In this document: in pieces, positions 39,479 to 52,491 of the stretch
How positions within the stretch are numbered: the stretch's first letter is position 1
Layout of the letters: every line of letters starts with the position of its first letter
Origin: the human T2T-CHM13v2.0 reference genome, Homo sapiens
Assembly (NCBI RefSeq): GCF_009914755.1
Contig: NC_060932.1
Strand: one strand, 5' to 3'
Length of the DNA: 64,000 nt
Position numbers and translations under genes: made by a program
Notes under the pieces: model-generated
Seen by the model: only the letters and a program-made list of their open reading frames with translations
What the model was told of the DNA's origin: nothing
The model's database searches: none

Positions 39479-40097
39479 CTTTACCTCTTCCGAACTCTGC
39501 AATTCTCCCATTAGTTCAGTCCATCAGCCTGCGGACTTAAGCCAGACATCGTGCTGACATTTAAAGATGATTCCTCTTTCGTCATAAAAAGAAACACAGA
39601 ACATCGTTTGATAAACATAAAAATTAAAGAGCTCTGCTGGCAGTCCCTTTACAAGGCACTGGAGAAACCCTGGGTTGGGCACGACTGGTGCTTTTACCAA
39701 CACAAGCCTAAGGGACCCCTCTGGCTGCTGGATTAGCCCTAAAGGCAACCATTTGGTTTACCGGTGTAAATATGAGCTATTAGTGTCTGGTGGTGCATTA
39801 GAGTGGCCCCAACCTACTGCTTTGCCTCGTAACAAACTCACAATGAAAAGAGCAGAGTTGAGTGTTGTATTTACACTGCCTGACTAAATTTGGTTTCATA
39901 GCCCAACATCCCCCTCGCCCCTTCCACAAGGATACTCATTAATGCTGCCACAACCAAGTTAGTGGCTTGTTTTCTACCTCTAAGAGTGCAAAAAGCAATA
40001 AAAAGGTGTCAGTATTTGTCCTGAGAGACTTTCTTTTGGTGCTTATTATTCTCAAATAATAGCCCTTTCAATGGGCAGTTATTTGAGAAGCTCTCTC

Positions 40098-40256
40098 TTT
40101 TTTTTTTTTTTTTTTTTTTTTGAGAGGGAGTCTCGCTCTGTCGCCCAGGCTGGAGTGCAGTGGCGCAGTCTGGGCTCACTGCAAAGCTCCACCTCCCGGA
40201 TTCACGCCATTCTCCTGCCTCAGCCTCCTGAGTAGCTGGGACTACAGGTGCCAGCC
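40098..40256 (-). mobile_element. 5'-truncated AluY (right arm)
   Basis: T-tail; gcaaagctccacctcccggattcacgccattctcc (Y-type); TSD aagctctct. Confidence 0.9.
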
Positions 40257-41764
40257 AAAAGCTCTCTTTAAAGGTATGATTGACACCTGAGCTCTCTGTC
40301 CCTGCCAGAAATTGATACAAATGAAAGGAGCTTCTTATTGCAAAATTTCCCAGGATCCTTCTCTAACTAAAATACATGTGGAGCATCCACAACCGGCCAC
40401 CTCCAACTCCCATTCCAGATGGTCAAATATGCAGCATCCACAAATGCCCCACATAGAAAACTTACCCCTAGGCATTGTTTAACATTTGCAATTACTATTT
40501 CCTCAGTCATGGCTAGAATCATTATTTTTCTTTATGTTAGAGCATCAGGAAAGAAATCACCAGATTTTTAAAATTGAAAAAAAGAAACAGGAGCGAATTT
40601 TCAAGACCACATGGTGGTTAAATAGAAGCCTATTCACTTCAGAAGATTTCCTGGCCGTAAGAGGCTGAGCTCTCCCCCACCGCAGGGCGCAACTGTAATG
40701 GGGCTGCAAATTCAGGTTAGCATTAGGTCTGCCTCTCAGTCCCTGGCTAAGGCCATTCCTACCAGGGTTCTGACTCAAATAATTTGCCAGTCCACGGGTG
40801 AATAATGCAACAGAGAGCTCAGAACAAAAAGAAGAATTACTACTGAGATGCAAACGTCTCCTCTACCTAGTTCCAAAAGGGCAAAAGAAAAGTCAATTTG
40901 TTTCACTCCTTGTATTTATTAACAGTGATTTTTCCTTCAGTAGATAAGGAATGAGAAAATAACTACAGGAGGCAACACTCATAAAAGCAAAATATAACCT
41001 CAGTGTCTTCCCCATGGATGAGTTCATAAAACCTGACTCAACCCTAAAATGGTAACTGGCTCCATAACTTTGACTCTGAAATTGTCTAATTAAATCTACA
41101 AACTCAAGCCAAGAAGACCTTTTTCTTGAATTGAAATAATTTATAAATAGCAGACCAGTATTTCAAACCAGCTCGGCATGATTTTGGCTTATCTTTGGCA
41201 ATAAGCAGACCATTCTAGAACACCCTATAAGCCTTCCCATAACCAATTAAAGCTTGATGGCTGCAATTATAAATATAAAAGAAAGGTGAAATGCCTCTGT
41301 GAATGGGGATAATGAATCTTTCCTGTGTAGAAGCTTAGATTACAACTGGGTGATCCAACACAAGGCTAAAGGGTTCCTTTATTCTTTTTATCTTTAACTT
41401 TTTAAAAAATTAGACTAACATGTATGTATTATCAAAGTCAAAAAGCACTCAGCCTGGAAACAAAAAGAGCAGCCAATTTTGCTCCATCCCTATCCCCTCC
41501 CAGTCTCATTCCCTCCAAGTAGGCACTCTCAACTCTTTTTAGCTATTCTCTATGATCATAATCCCCACATTTTTACATTAACTCTTTCATTGCTATTGTT
41601 TGTTTCCTTTTTCCATTTAGACAATATCTACTTCCTGCTGTCAAAGAGTTATCACCTAGCTGTTGCATAACTTTCTCCCATTTTCTGATCCCATCATCAC
41701 CTCTATATAGTCACATCGCTATTTTGATTAAAGCAATACAGTATTTACATTGTTACGACTATGA

Positions 41765-41950
41765 TTCCAGACAGCTTTGACCAAATTCTGCCTCCACCAG
41801 GCACTGGGTATGTAACCTTGTGCATCATTTTCAACAAATGTAAAATGACAAAAGTATCCACACCTACCTCATGGGCCTGCTGTGAGGGTTAAATGAATAA
41901 TTATGTGCCAACATTTACACAGTGCAGGTGCAGACTGAACACTCTCTAAA
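41765..41950 (+). mobile_element. MIR SINE
   Basis: aaattctgcctccacc...tgtaaccttg...cacctacctcatgggcctgctgtgagggttaaatga. Confidence 0.6.
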
Positions 41951-42091
41951 TGCACAGTCAGAATAGATTTCCTTTCTTGTTCATGCCTTTTCTTTTGCCC
42001 TGGCCTCATTTTTCATTTGCTTAATTTTCTACATTACTTTCACTTATGTATCCTGAAAACAAAACCCTAAAATTTCTTTTATTACAGATGT

Positions 42092-42797
42092 TGTTACCAC
42101 TAGGGAATGTATTCGAATCACACAGCACCAAAGTAGGTTAATGGCCGCGAATCTGTATGAGTCTGCAGCAACTTCACTTCTTGCCTCTTCAGAAGAAGTA
42201 ATTTGACTGAGGGGCATAAGGCAAAGTGAGAGACTGGGGCAAGTTTTAGAGCAGGAATGAAAGCTTATTAAGAAGTTTAGAGCAGAAACGAAAGGAAGTC
42301 AAGTACACTTGGAAGAGGACCAAGGGGGCGACTTGAGAGAGTCAAATGCATGGCTTGAACTTTGACCTGGAGTTTTATATGCTGGCATGCTTCCAGGGTT
42401 TATGCCCCTTCTCCCCTGATTCTTCCCTTGATGGGGTGTTGTCTGCCTGCTCAGTGGCCTGCCAGCACTTGGGAGGGGCGCCACACGCAATGTGAAATTA
42501 TACACAAGCTCACTTGAGGCGTTTTTCCCTTACCAGCAGAGTGTTCCCAGAAGAAGGTCATATACCAGATAAACTCCACCATTTGGCCTCTTAGTCCACA
42601 AGCTTGAACCCGCCCAACTCCGGAGATCTTATCAGGAAGCAGCTGATCACCACTTTCAGGTGTTTTCTATCTATTGGAAGACTGCCTTTCCCTGGTGCTG
42701 CCTGCAACCAATTACTATTTTAGTGAGACAGTTTAACAACTCCCTGACCATCACCTGATGGTCTCCTGACTTTCCCGGTTGGGTTGGTGGGGTGGGA
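42092..42797 (-). mobile_element. MER50-like ERV1 LTR, 5' end missing
   Basis: gactgaggggcataaggca...gtacacttggaagagg...ctgaccatcacctgatggtc; ends tgttacc. Confidence 0.75.
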
Positions 42798-43002
42798 AGA
42801 ATAGAAGTTCTGGGAAAATGAGTAAAATTCACAATGGGTGATTGGCAGGAACTTGTCTTGTTAAGAAATCTGCAGGTGTCCGTATCTTTTGATTTGCTAG
42901 TCAATTTCCCCACAGAGCTATTCCCCCATTCCTGCAGGGTCTGTACATGCACACGCCTGGTTGGATGGAAGGCAGAAAGTCTCACCCTAGATCTTCACTT
43001 AA

Positions 43003-43225
43003 CTTGGGGTGTCTCAACCTCAACACTATTAATATTTGGGGCCAGGTAATTGTTTGTTGTGGGGATGTCCTGTGCATTGTAAAATATTTAGCAGAACTCT
43101 GCCATCTACCCACTAGATGCCACTAGGAAACTGCCACCCAATTGTGAAACAACAAAAAATGTCCCCAAACATTGCCAAACGTCTTATTTGTCCCACATCT
43201 GGGAGTTCCCAGTCACCCTCTCTAG
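43003..43225 (+). mobile_element. MER20 hAT-Charlie MITE
   Basis: tctcaacctcaacactattaatatttggggcc...tgtcctgtgcattgta...tacccactagatgcca...aaaatgtccccaaacattgcc. Confidence 0.8.
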
Positions 43226-43343
43226 ACAGTAAACTCCTATCTATGCAGCATAAACAGTACTTCCCTAGCATGATGATGGAAGAGAGGGGATCTTTTTTAA
43301 ACAAATCTTCCTATCAACCCTACCTTTAGAAGTATCTAGTGCT

Positions 43344-43639
43344 GGCTAGGCATGGTGGCTCATGCCTGTAATCCCAGCAATTTGGGAGGCCGAGGCAGGC
43401 AGATCACCTGAGGTCAGGAGTTCAAGACCAGCCTGGCCACCATGGTGAAACCCAGTCTCTACTAAAAATAAAAAAAAATTAGCTGGGCATGGTGGCAGGT
43501 GCCTGTAATCCCAGCTATTCAGGAGGCTGAGGCAGGGAGAATTGCTTGAACCCAGGAGGTTGCAATGAGCTGAGATTGCGCCACTGTGCACTCCAGCCTG
43601 GGTGACAGCAAGACTCTGTCTTTAAAAAAAAAAAAAAAA
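43344..43639 (+). mobile_element. AluS (Sx/Sz-like)
   Basis: Full Alu; TSD aagtatctagtg. Confidence 0.95.
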
Positions 43640-44344
43640 GTATCTAGTGGCACCAATATTTGAGCCTGTCTGGAATTTTGTGGCAAAAATTAGCTTGCTT
43701 ATAATTGGCTTTAGGCTTTTAACCAAGCAGAAAAAGCTAAAACTCAAGTCAATTACCATTCATCCAACTGCCTTCCATATTTCAAAATTTTGTTGACTCT
43801 CATATATGGTCATCTGATTTCCTATTTTCTTTGTCCTTATGAATTTATGCTGCTTAATCTTTTTTCCTGACATTTTTGCAGTGTTAAGGATGGGAAAGAG
43901 TCAGCAGTAAACATTGCATTTGGGTACCATGTTTAAAACATGTTTAAATTTGGGCACCTAAAATTTCTCAATTATTTCTCAAATTCTAAATTTGAGAAAT
44001 TAAAAAAGCTAACAATTCTCATACAGTCAAGGAAAACATCACTTGAGCATTGCTCATCTGAGTGCACAAGACTGTACAGCTCTTTTGTGCACATTTTATC
44101 AAAATACCACAGTGTATGATTGGAAAAATATATGGAATTACAAATATTGCACTAAGACTAAACCAGGACAAAAATATCACAATCCAGGTCTGGTGATGTT
44201 GGGGTTATTTTGAGATTAAACAAACCTGTAGAACAGAGGCCTCTTATTCCCAATGAATCTAATGTAACCACTCTTTTTCCATATTAAAGATGAAGTTTTA
44301 TATCTCAGAAAGACACATCTATACCATCATTATCTCCCAAAGTC

Positions 44345-44550
44345 AAGTGGCTCCAAGAATCTGTCCACCTAAATCCAGCCACTTCTCTCCATACCCATAA
44401 TTACCCTCCTCTTGAATCAAGTCACTATCATCTCTTGCCTGGACTCCTGTCTAGTCTGCCACTATTCAGTCCAGTCCAATCCATCCTCTATAAGTGTAAT
44501 TTTTTCAAAGAGCAAATACAATCATTTCTCATGCTCCCACACCTCAACCC
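44345..44550 (+). mobile_element. L2, part left of the MER41 insertion
   Basis: ccacttctctcc...atcatctcttgcctggact...tttttcaaagagcaaatacaatcat. Confidence 0.6.
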
Positions 44551-45102
44551 TGTCAGAGGTGTTTGAACCAGAGCAAATCCTTCTTGAATAGGGGCTTGGT
44601 AAAAGGAGGCTGAGACCTACTAGGCTGCATTCCCAGACTGTTAAAGCATTCAAAGTCACAGGATGAGATAGGAGATCAGCACAAGATACAGGTCATAAAT
44701 ATATTGCTGATAAAACAGGTTGCAGTAAAGAAAAGCCAGCCAAAACCCACCAAACCAAGATGGCAATGAGAGTGACTTGGTCGTCCTCACTGCTACATTC
44801 CAACCAGTGCCATGACAGTTTACAGATGCCATGGCAACATCAGGAACTTACCCTATATGGTCTACAAAGGGGGAGATATGAATAACCCACCCCTTCCTTA
44901 GCATATAATCAAGAAATAACCATAAAAATGGGCAACCAGCAGCCCTCAGCGCTGCTCTGCCTATGGAGTAGCCATTCTTCATTTCTTTACTTTCCTAATA
45001 AACTTGCTTTCATTTTACTCTATGAACTCACCCTGAATTCTTTCTTGTGTGAGATCCAAGAACCCTCTCTCAGGATCTGGATTGGGACCCTTTCCAGTAA
45101 CA
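44551..45102 (+). mobile_element. MER41A 5' LTR
   Basis: tgtcagaggtgtttgaaccagagc...gggaccctttccagtaaca; aataaa at 44997. Confidence 0.88.
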
Positions 45103-46421
45103 TCCTTCTGGCAAACCATGGAAGGGACTGTAGTGAAGAAACCCCCCAACCCAAAGGCTAATTTTGGGTAAGTGGTGGGGTCTGGTAACATCTTTCTGGC
45201 AAACCATGAAAGAGATGATACTGAAGAACCCCACACCCCCCAACCCAAAGGAAATAGACTGCAGCACTGATTGGCCGGCTTTGGGTAAGTGGTAGGGCAC
45301 CCAGGTAAAGGATGGGATTGGGTTAGAGACCCAACTTAGGGGAGTTAGAGTCTCTCCTAAGACAGAATGGGTTAAAGGCCCCTCTTAATAAAAGGCAAGG
45401 ACGCTTGACCAAACTTGGGTTTGAGGCCCAACTTAAGAAGGTTAGAATCCTTCTTAAGATTTAGAGGGTCAGTAAAGTTGCTTTCGACCAAGACCGGGTT
45501 TGGCACTATGGGATGTTAACTGCTATTCTCTTTGGATTAATCTGCCTTGCAGTCTTTGCTGACGGCTATGGGTGACAAAATTAGGGATGTACAAGACCAT
45601 GGGACATGAGTTTTTTCCTTCCCAAAAGAGGAAACTTGAGAGCTGATGAGACTGCTGGAAAAGATCCCTTCACAACTGACAAGCAGCTGCCTGAACTTTT
45701 GAGAAATGGCTGGGTCTTTCTCTGGCCTCCCTGAGCTCTTCACCTTCCCCACCCTGCCTTAAGCAATGCTTTCCTCTCTCTCTCTCTCTCTCTGCAAACT
45801 GGTTAAATGAATGGTAAAAAATACTGTTTATCTCCTCTGTAAAGTTTTGATTAATGGGAAAAAAAAGGATTTGTGAGGCTAATCTTAAGCTGCAGCAAAT
45901 CTTTTGCGCTTTGTGATATGAATTTGTCTTTCTGTATCTTTCTGTCATAGAGAGGGTTACCTTAGGATAGAACATGGGCTTAGAACCCCATAAGCCCTGC
46001 TTTCAAGATGGCCCAGGAAACTGGTCAGTCATGTCCTTGGGAGCTTGACCTTGTAACCATGTGGCCATGCTTTCTCTTTTCACAATGGTGGCCCAGTTTC
46101 AGGGTTCAATTCCTGGCTTAGGGAGTGAGTTATTCCTGATTTAATATCTGCATGACCTTTACCATTTTTTATTCTCTTCCCCTCCACAAACTGTCTTGAA
46201 TTTCCTTTCTTAGAGTACCTGTGAGGTTACTTTTAGTAAAGTTTAAAAGCCAGAAATATTTGCCATTTGGCCAGGCTAAAGATGAATAATAAAAAATTCA
46301 AAAGGACGTTTTTAAAGACTGCTATGGTTAAAAGTCAGCTTAATTAAAAGTGGGTATTCAAGTTCTAACAGCCTGGAGTTCCTTGGGAAAAACACAGGAG
46401 GTGCCATAGATCCTGTTTTCG

Positions 46422-46725
46422 GGGAAAAAAAAAAAAAAGAACAACCTCTGTTTTCCTCATGGAACCCTAGAAATTAAAAGTAGATAGATCTCCAGGAATT
46501 AAAAGTAGATAGATCTCTTTCAAAATCTAAGGCTTTGTTCTGTTTTCCATTGCATTATCTGATGTTTTTGACTAAAACAAAAACAAAAACAAAAAACCTC
46601 TGTTTTCCTCATGGAACCCCAGGAATTAAAAGTAGATAGATCTCCAGGAATTAAAAATAGATAGATCTCTCTCAAAATCTAAGGCTTTGTTCTGTTTTGC
46701 ATTGCATTATCTGACATTTTTGACT
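46422..46725 (+). repeat. 152-bp tandem duplication containing a nested 25-bp duplication
   Basis: aacctctgttttcctcatggaaccc...tttttgact twice; each copy has aattaaaa(g/a)tagatagatct twice. Confidence 0.95.
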
Positions 46726-46981
46726 TTGGGGAGCATCAGAAATTACTTCAAATTATGAGACAGTTCTGGTGTGTAATAACTAGGTAGGAAATGTCCTTTT
46801 GGGGATGGGCTGATTCCCTCTTTTTAGGATCCAGAATCTGATATAAAACTGGGACCCTTAATTTTGGGGGAGCTATTTTGCCTTCCAACTGTGTTTGCTT
46901 ATTAGGCCATAAAAACTACATGCTTTCCTGGCCCTGGGGTCCACCCTGAAGCCAGTAATTCAATTAAGAAACAGGCAAATA

Positions 46982-47417
<436 letters not shown>

Positions 47418-49815
47418 TTAAATATTTTAAAAGTAAAAAGCGTAATGCCTTTTAGTTCACATGACTTTAGTAATCTTTGGAAAATAAAAACAGTTTTACA
47501 TGGAAGGTGTGTAAAGAAAGTGAAAGGTGTTTTTGGTAAAAAAAAAAATTATAAAAAGTAATGGGAATGTGGATTTTTGGCCTAAACTAAAGGATTAAAG
47601 GGTTGTTTTAAGTTAGATAGGATAAAGCTGAAGGTTTAAACAAGTTGTAGAAGGTTTGTGAAAAATTTATCTCATAAAGGAAATTCTGTGTGTGAACTAA
47701 ATTCTGTGTGTAGCTACAGTTAAAAGGGTATTCAGTTTTTCTGTAAATTAAACATTGGACTAAAAGCACAACAGGTTTTCCTTGAAGCACTAATCTAATC
47801 TGCTCTTTAACAAAAACTTGTAAAGGGTTATAAAAGGTTTATAAGAATCTTATCTTATGGTCAAACTGATTAAAATTGGATAGATTTGTCTATAAGGTTT
47901 TATTAAAAATTGGGGTTGACATTAACAGTACACTAATATAAAGGTGAAAATTGGCTTATTTGGTACAAAAAGCATATGGAAAGCATTGTGAAATATGAAA
48001 TAGTGTTTGGCTTTCTTTGGGTTGTATTTGCATAAATGTGTTATTGGTATGTGTTCCAAAATTATGAGAAACTCCTATAATTCTGATATGACTTAGTGTA
48101 TGTTATCAAAGTTATAATTGTTATGTGAAATTGTTATATACCACAGAAGTAACCAAATTTCCTTATTAATTGTGGCTTTAATAGTGGCTGTCCTAAAACT
48201 TTTTGCCATCCACAGATGATTATTGTCTTGTGTTGATCCTCTTCAAAAGGTGGTTTATAATCAGCTACAGGACTTTGACAGACATTCTTAAATGCAAGTT
48301 TCTGATAACTTCGGAGACTGTGAGATTAGAATAGAGGAAAAACTTTCAAGACTCTCATGGAGAGCTCAAACGTTCATGATAGAACAGGAGTTCTGTTCAA
48401 GCAGAACAGGAGTTAACGGCAGGGACTGAACTAATAAAAAACTGAAGTAATCTTTTTTTTACTTTTTTGCTTAAAACGTTGCTGAATCTTTTTGTTTTCC
48501 AGAGCCAAGAAAACTTTTCTTTTGAGCTATTTATAGCTTTTAACAACTGAGTAAAGTATACTTCTGTGAACAAAATTTGGATCATATTTGTTTCTCTCTA
48601 CCCAATTTCTCCAGAATTTGGAAACTAGTTGTGAGTATTCTTAATTATGGCAATACAGTTATTTGCATAAGTACAATAAGAATCTTTTTTCTTTTGTAAG
48701 AGGACACAATTGGAGAAACTGGTTATTTTACCAAGGCGTTGTCTGGAATGGCGTGCTTTCCTTTAAGGAATCAAACTTGACTTGAGCCAACATAGAGCCA
48801 TTAGAAGCCCCTTGGGAAAACTGGTCTCATTCCTTGTCTACAAACCGTGTACAGGGTTCCTGACCTGTGGTAAGTAAAGAATGTCACTTTCTAACAGGCC
48901 CAGGAGCCCCAATTTATCTTGGTACCTCAAGAGAAGAGGAGTTTACCCAACTCATAGGTATTTGAAGGTACAAACCCACAGCTGGGCTTGGCTTTAAAAT
49001 AAAAAAAGTCTTATCTGAGATTCTGTCTATGGAACAGAGTTCCACTGAAGCCAATTTAAAGAGCTTATGTGAAAAATAATTATTCTTGCTGCACTTTATA
49101 CAAGTAATCATGCCAAGTATAATAAAGCAAATCAGTCTTACCAGGATTTGTTGCTAGTAAAAATGGGAAACTGGAGAGAGAAAAAAAGAAAAATTATGTT
49201 TCAAGAACTATGGTACACCTGTTACTAGATTTTAGTCTTAGTTGTTTTTGAGTTTGTTTCTGCAACTTAGGCTAACCTTGCTTATTGCTGTGAACCAACC
49301 AATGATCTCTGACTGCTGCTCAGAATAAACAAGAGGGATGGGTAATGTAAAAATCTGAATCAATATTCTAATTCTAGGCACATTGTAATCATCTAGCAAC
49401 CCCATATCAGCATGGTTTCAACAGTTGGCCAGTTCATGGAAAGCCTTCTTATTTAATTTACTTGGGATAATTTTACTTATTTTGCCTTACTGTTGTAGAA
49501 TATAGTGCTGTTGTACAATATAGTGCTGTTGTACTCTGTGTAGGAATGCAGGATAAGCTTACTGAATGTTTTCTTAAATCGAACAATTATTAATCTTCCA
49601 GATATCACCTTTTGTTGAAACTTGGAGTTATGAATGGCCCTCACCATACTAATGCTTTCTGACTGAGCTTCTCTCTACCCCAAACACAAGAGACCCTAAT
49701 AGTTAGGCAGGAATATCATTGCCCCTATTTAGCCTGAAGAAGTTACAGAAGATGACTCTTTGTCCATTTACAACTCTTAGGATTAAGGGTTCTTTTATAA
49801 AAGGGAGGGGGAAAA

Positions 49816-50356
49816 TGTCAGAGGTGTTGGTACCAGAGCAAATTCATCTTGAATAGGGTCTGGGTAAAATGAGGCTGAGACGTACTGGGCTGCAATCCCA
49901 GACTGTTAAAGCATTTTAAGTCACAGGATGAGATAGGAGGTCAACACAAGATATAGGTCATAAAGACATTGCTGATAAAATGGATTGCAGTAAAAAAGCC
50001 GGCCAAAACCAAGATGGTGATGACAGTGACCTGGTCGTCCTCACTGCTACATTCCGACCAGGGCCATGACAGTTTGCAAATGCCATGGCAACATCAGGAA
50101 CTTACTCTGTATGGTCTACAAAGGGAGGCATGAATGATCCACCCCTTATTTAGCATATAATCAAGAAATAACCATAAAAAGTGGGCAGCCAGCAGCCCTC
50201 GAGGCTGCTCTGCCTATGGAGTAGCCATTCTTTATTCCTTTACTTTCCTAATAAACTTGTTTTCACTTTACTCCGTGGATTAGCCCTGAACTCTTTCTTG
50301 TGTGAGATCTAAGAACCCTCTCTTGGGGTCTGGATCAGGACCCCTTTCTGGTAACA
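49816..50356 (+). mobile_element. MER41A 3' LTR
   Basis: tgtcagaggtgttggtaccagagc...cccctttctggtaaca; shares private variants with the 5' LTR. Confidence 0.88.
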
Positions 50357-51070
50357 CCCCCACCTTAAAACTCAGTGGCTTCCCACTGCTATTGGAAAGA
50401 AGACTGAAGTCCTTAATATGCCTAACATATCCCCACATGTCTGGTCCCTGCCTCATTTCATAATATGCTTCCTCTTGCTCCCTGTGATCCTGTCACAGCA
50501 ACAAGCCTTTTTTCATGCTCCTCCCACATTGACCTTCCCTTTGTACTATTCCTTCTTCCTGGAATGCCTGGAATTACTAGAATGCTATTTACCCACACAT
50601 CCCCTTCAACTACTTATTTCCTACCTATCCATCAAATCCCAACTCATCCATGGAGTCAACAGCCTTCCTTAGCTCTACAATTAAGACAGTTCCATTTTTC
50701 GCACCTCTCACATCATTCCTTGTTATCACAATAGGAATTCTTTATGTCTTCAAGCACTTCTTTGACTTATGCACCTCTACGCCTCCATTGGACTATAACT
50801 ATATGAGAGCAGGGACTATGTCTGTCTCCCTCATTGCTCTAACCGTAGAGCTTTGCACATTGCCAGATATTTAGTAGGCACACAAAAGTCACTATTTACA
50901 CCTGTAGATCCAGCTTCTCAGGAGGCTGAGGAGGGAGTATCACCTGAGCCCAGTGAGGTTGAGGCTGCAATGAGCCATGATCACACCACTGCACTCCAGC
51001 CAGAGCAACAGAGTGAGACCCTGTCTCCAAACAAAAAAAAAAAAGTCACCATTTGTTGTATAACTGAATG
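50357..51070 (+). mobile_element. L2, part right of the MER41 insertion (to its 3' end)
   Basis: cttaaaactcagtggcttcccactg...atgagagcagggactatgtct...tagtaggcac...tttgttgtataactgaatga. Confidence 0.65.
50898..51044 (+). mobile_element. 5'-truncated AluJ right arm in the L2 tail
   Basis: gaggctgcaatgagccatgatcacaccactg; TSD aaaagtcac(t/c)attt. Confidence 0.85.
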
Positions 51071-51249
51071 ACTTCACTAAACGCTGAGGAATTAAAGAAC
51101 TATCCTAGGTGCTCTACAAAGAACTACTCTTTTTGTTCTTTAAGAGTGACTGTTTTGGGGTCTGAATAATAGTTTGATTAGACAGTAGGAAATGCTTTTC
51201 ATCATGAAGGGGGTTATCAAATGCATTGAGAGAACTGACTCAGAGATTG

Positions 51250-51735
51250 CTAGCTGCCAACATATCCCTTCTCTCCTATCTACATTATTGAGTAGCAAAG
51301 TGCCTAGCTAAAAATATTTACATTCCCTCAGCTTTCCTTAAAGGTAAGTAAGGTTGGTAAGATTAAAAAACAAATAAAGCAAAAACAGAAGGTAGGTTTT
51401 GGGTAAAGATCCTCAAGAGGATTGACTCAGCTAGGAGGGATGGCCCTTTGCCTCTTTCTTCTTTTCTCCATCTTTCTACCTGGGACATTGGCTTGAGCTC
51501 CAAAAGCCATCTTGGACTATAAAGCTGTCTTAAGAACAAAAATATGCAGTAAAAATGGAACAGAAAACCACAAGTTTCCTGGGTCCCCAGTGACCAAAAC
51601 ATAGCCATACATTCCTTGGTCTTACTACCTGCCAGTATTTTTTCTAAGAGCAAATAAAACACACCCTTGTGCTTTTGAGCCACTGAAGTCAGCTCTCCAC
51701 CCTGCAATCAAACACAATTCCTAACTGATGTGACA
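51250..51735 (+). mobile_element. Old MLT1 (J/K-like) LTR
   Basis: cagctttcctt...gccatcttggac...ctgggtccccagtgac...aaataaaac...ttcctaactga. Confidence 0.5.
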
Positions 51736-52154
51736 GTTAATGAAAAGAAACAAACTCTGCCCTTAAATACCTTAATACCCTACAAATTCCTGAAGATAAG
51801 ATAGATGAGCCCAGAGTGGCAAGAATTCATCAGGGTTAATCAATTCCAGTCACATCCCTAAGGCAATTATTTATAAATGAGCCAGGGTATTTGATTATCT
51901 ATAAAGTATCCAGTGATGGACATTTCACCACCCCCTTCATGATGAAAGGCATTTCCTATTGTATATCCAAAATTATCAATCACACTCTAAAAGGATCACT
52001 CTTCAAATACAAAACTTAGATGATGTTCAGACTGGCTAATAACCTTAATATTAGCCAGAGAGTTTTTACTTCTAAATTCTATTAAGAATACTATGAAATT
52101 TGCAACTTTATTTACATGAAATCAGCTCAATTTAAAAGGGAAGTAGGAAATAGC

Positions 52155-52385
52155 ATTAAATGAGCACTTAGTCTGTACCAGGCACTGTACCAGATGCTTT
52201 GTATAAATCGTCTTACGTGAACCTCCCAATAGCTCTGTAAGGTAGATACTGTACTCATTTTATAAATAAGGAAACTGAGGACCAGAAAAGGGAAGTGATC
52301 TGCCTAAGGTATCTCAAACAAGTACTAAGGCTGGGATTTAAACACATCTGCCTCCACATCCTGTACTATTTCCACTACTCCATTC
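52155..52385 (-). mobile_element. MIR SINE
   Basis: tgagcactt...ccaggcactgt...gaggtag-like...aaggaaactgagg...tgcctaaggt...ctgggatttaaac. Confidence 0.7.
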
Positions 52386-52491
52386 TGCTTCGAAGCCAGC
52401 GATTGCTAGTATCTTGAGTGTGTGGTTGAGATCTCACTAAGTCCTTTTAATGAGCAAATGCTCTTCTTCATGGGATTTACAGTAAGACATT

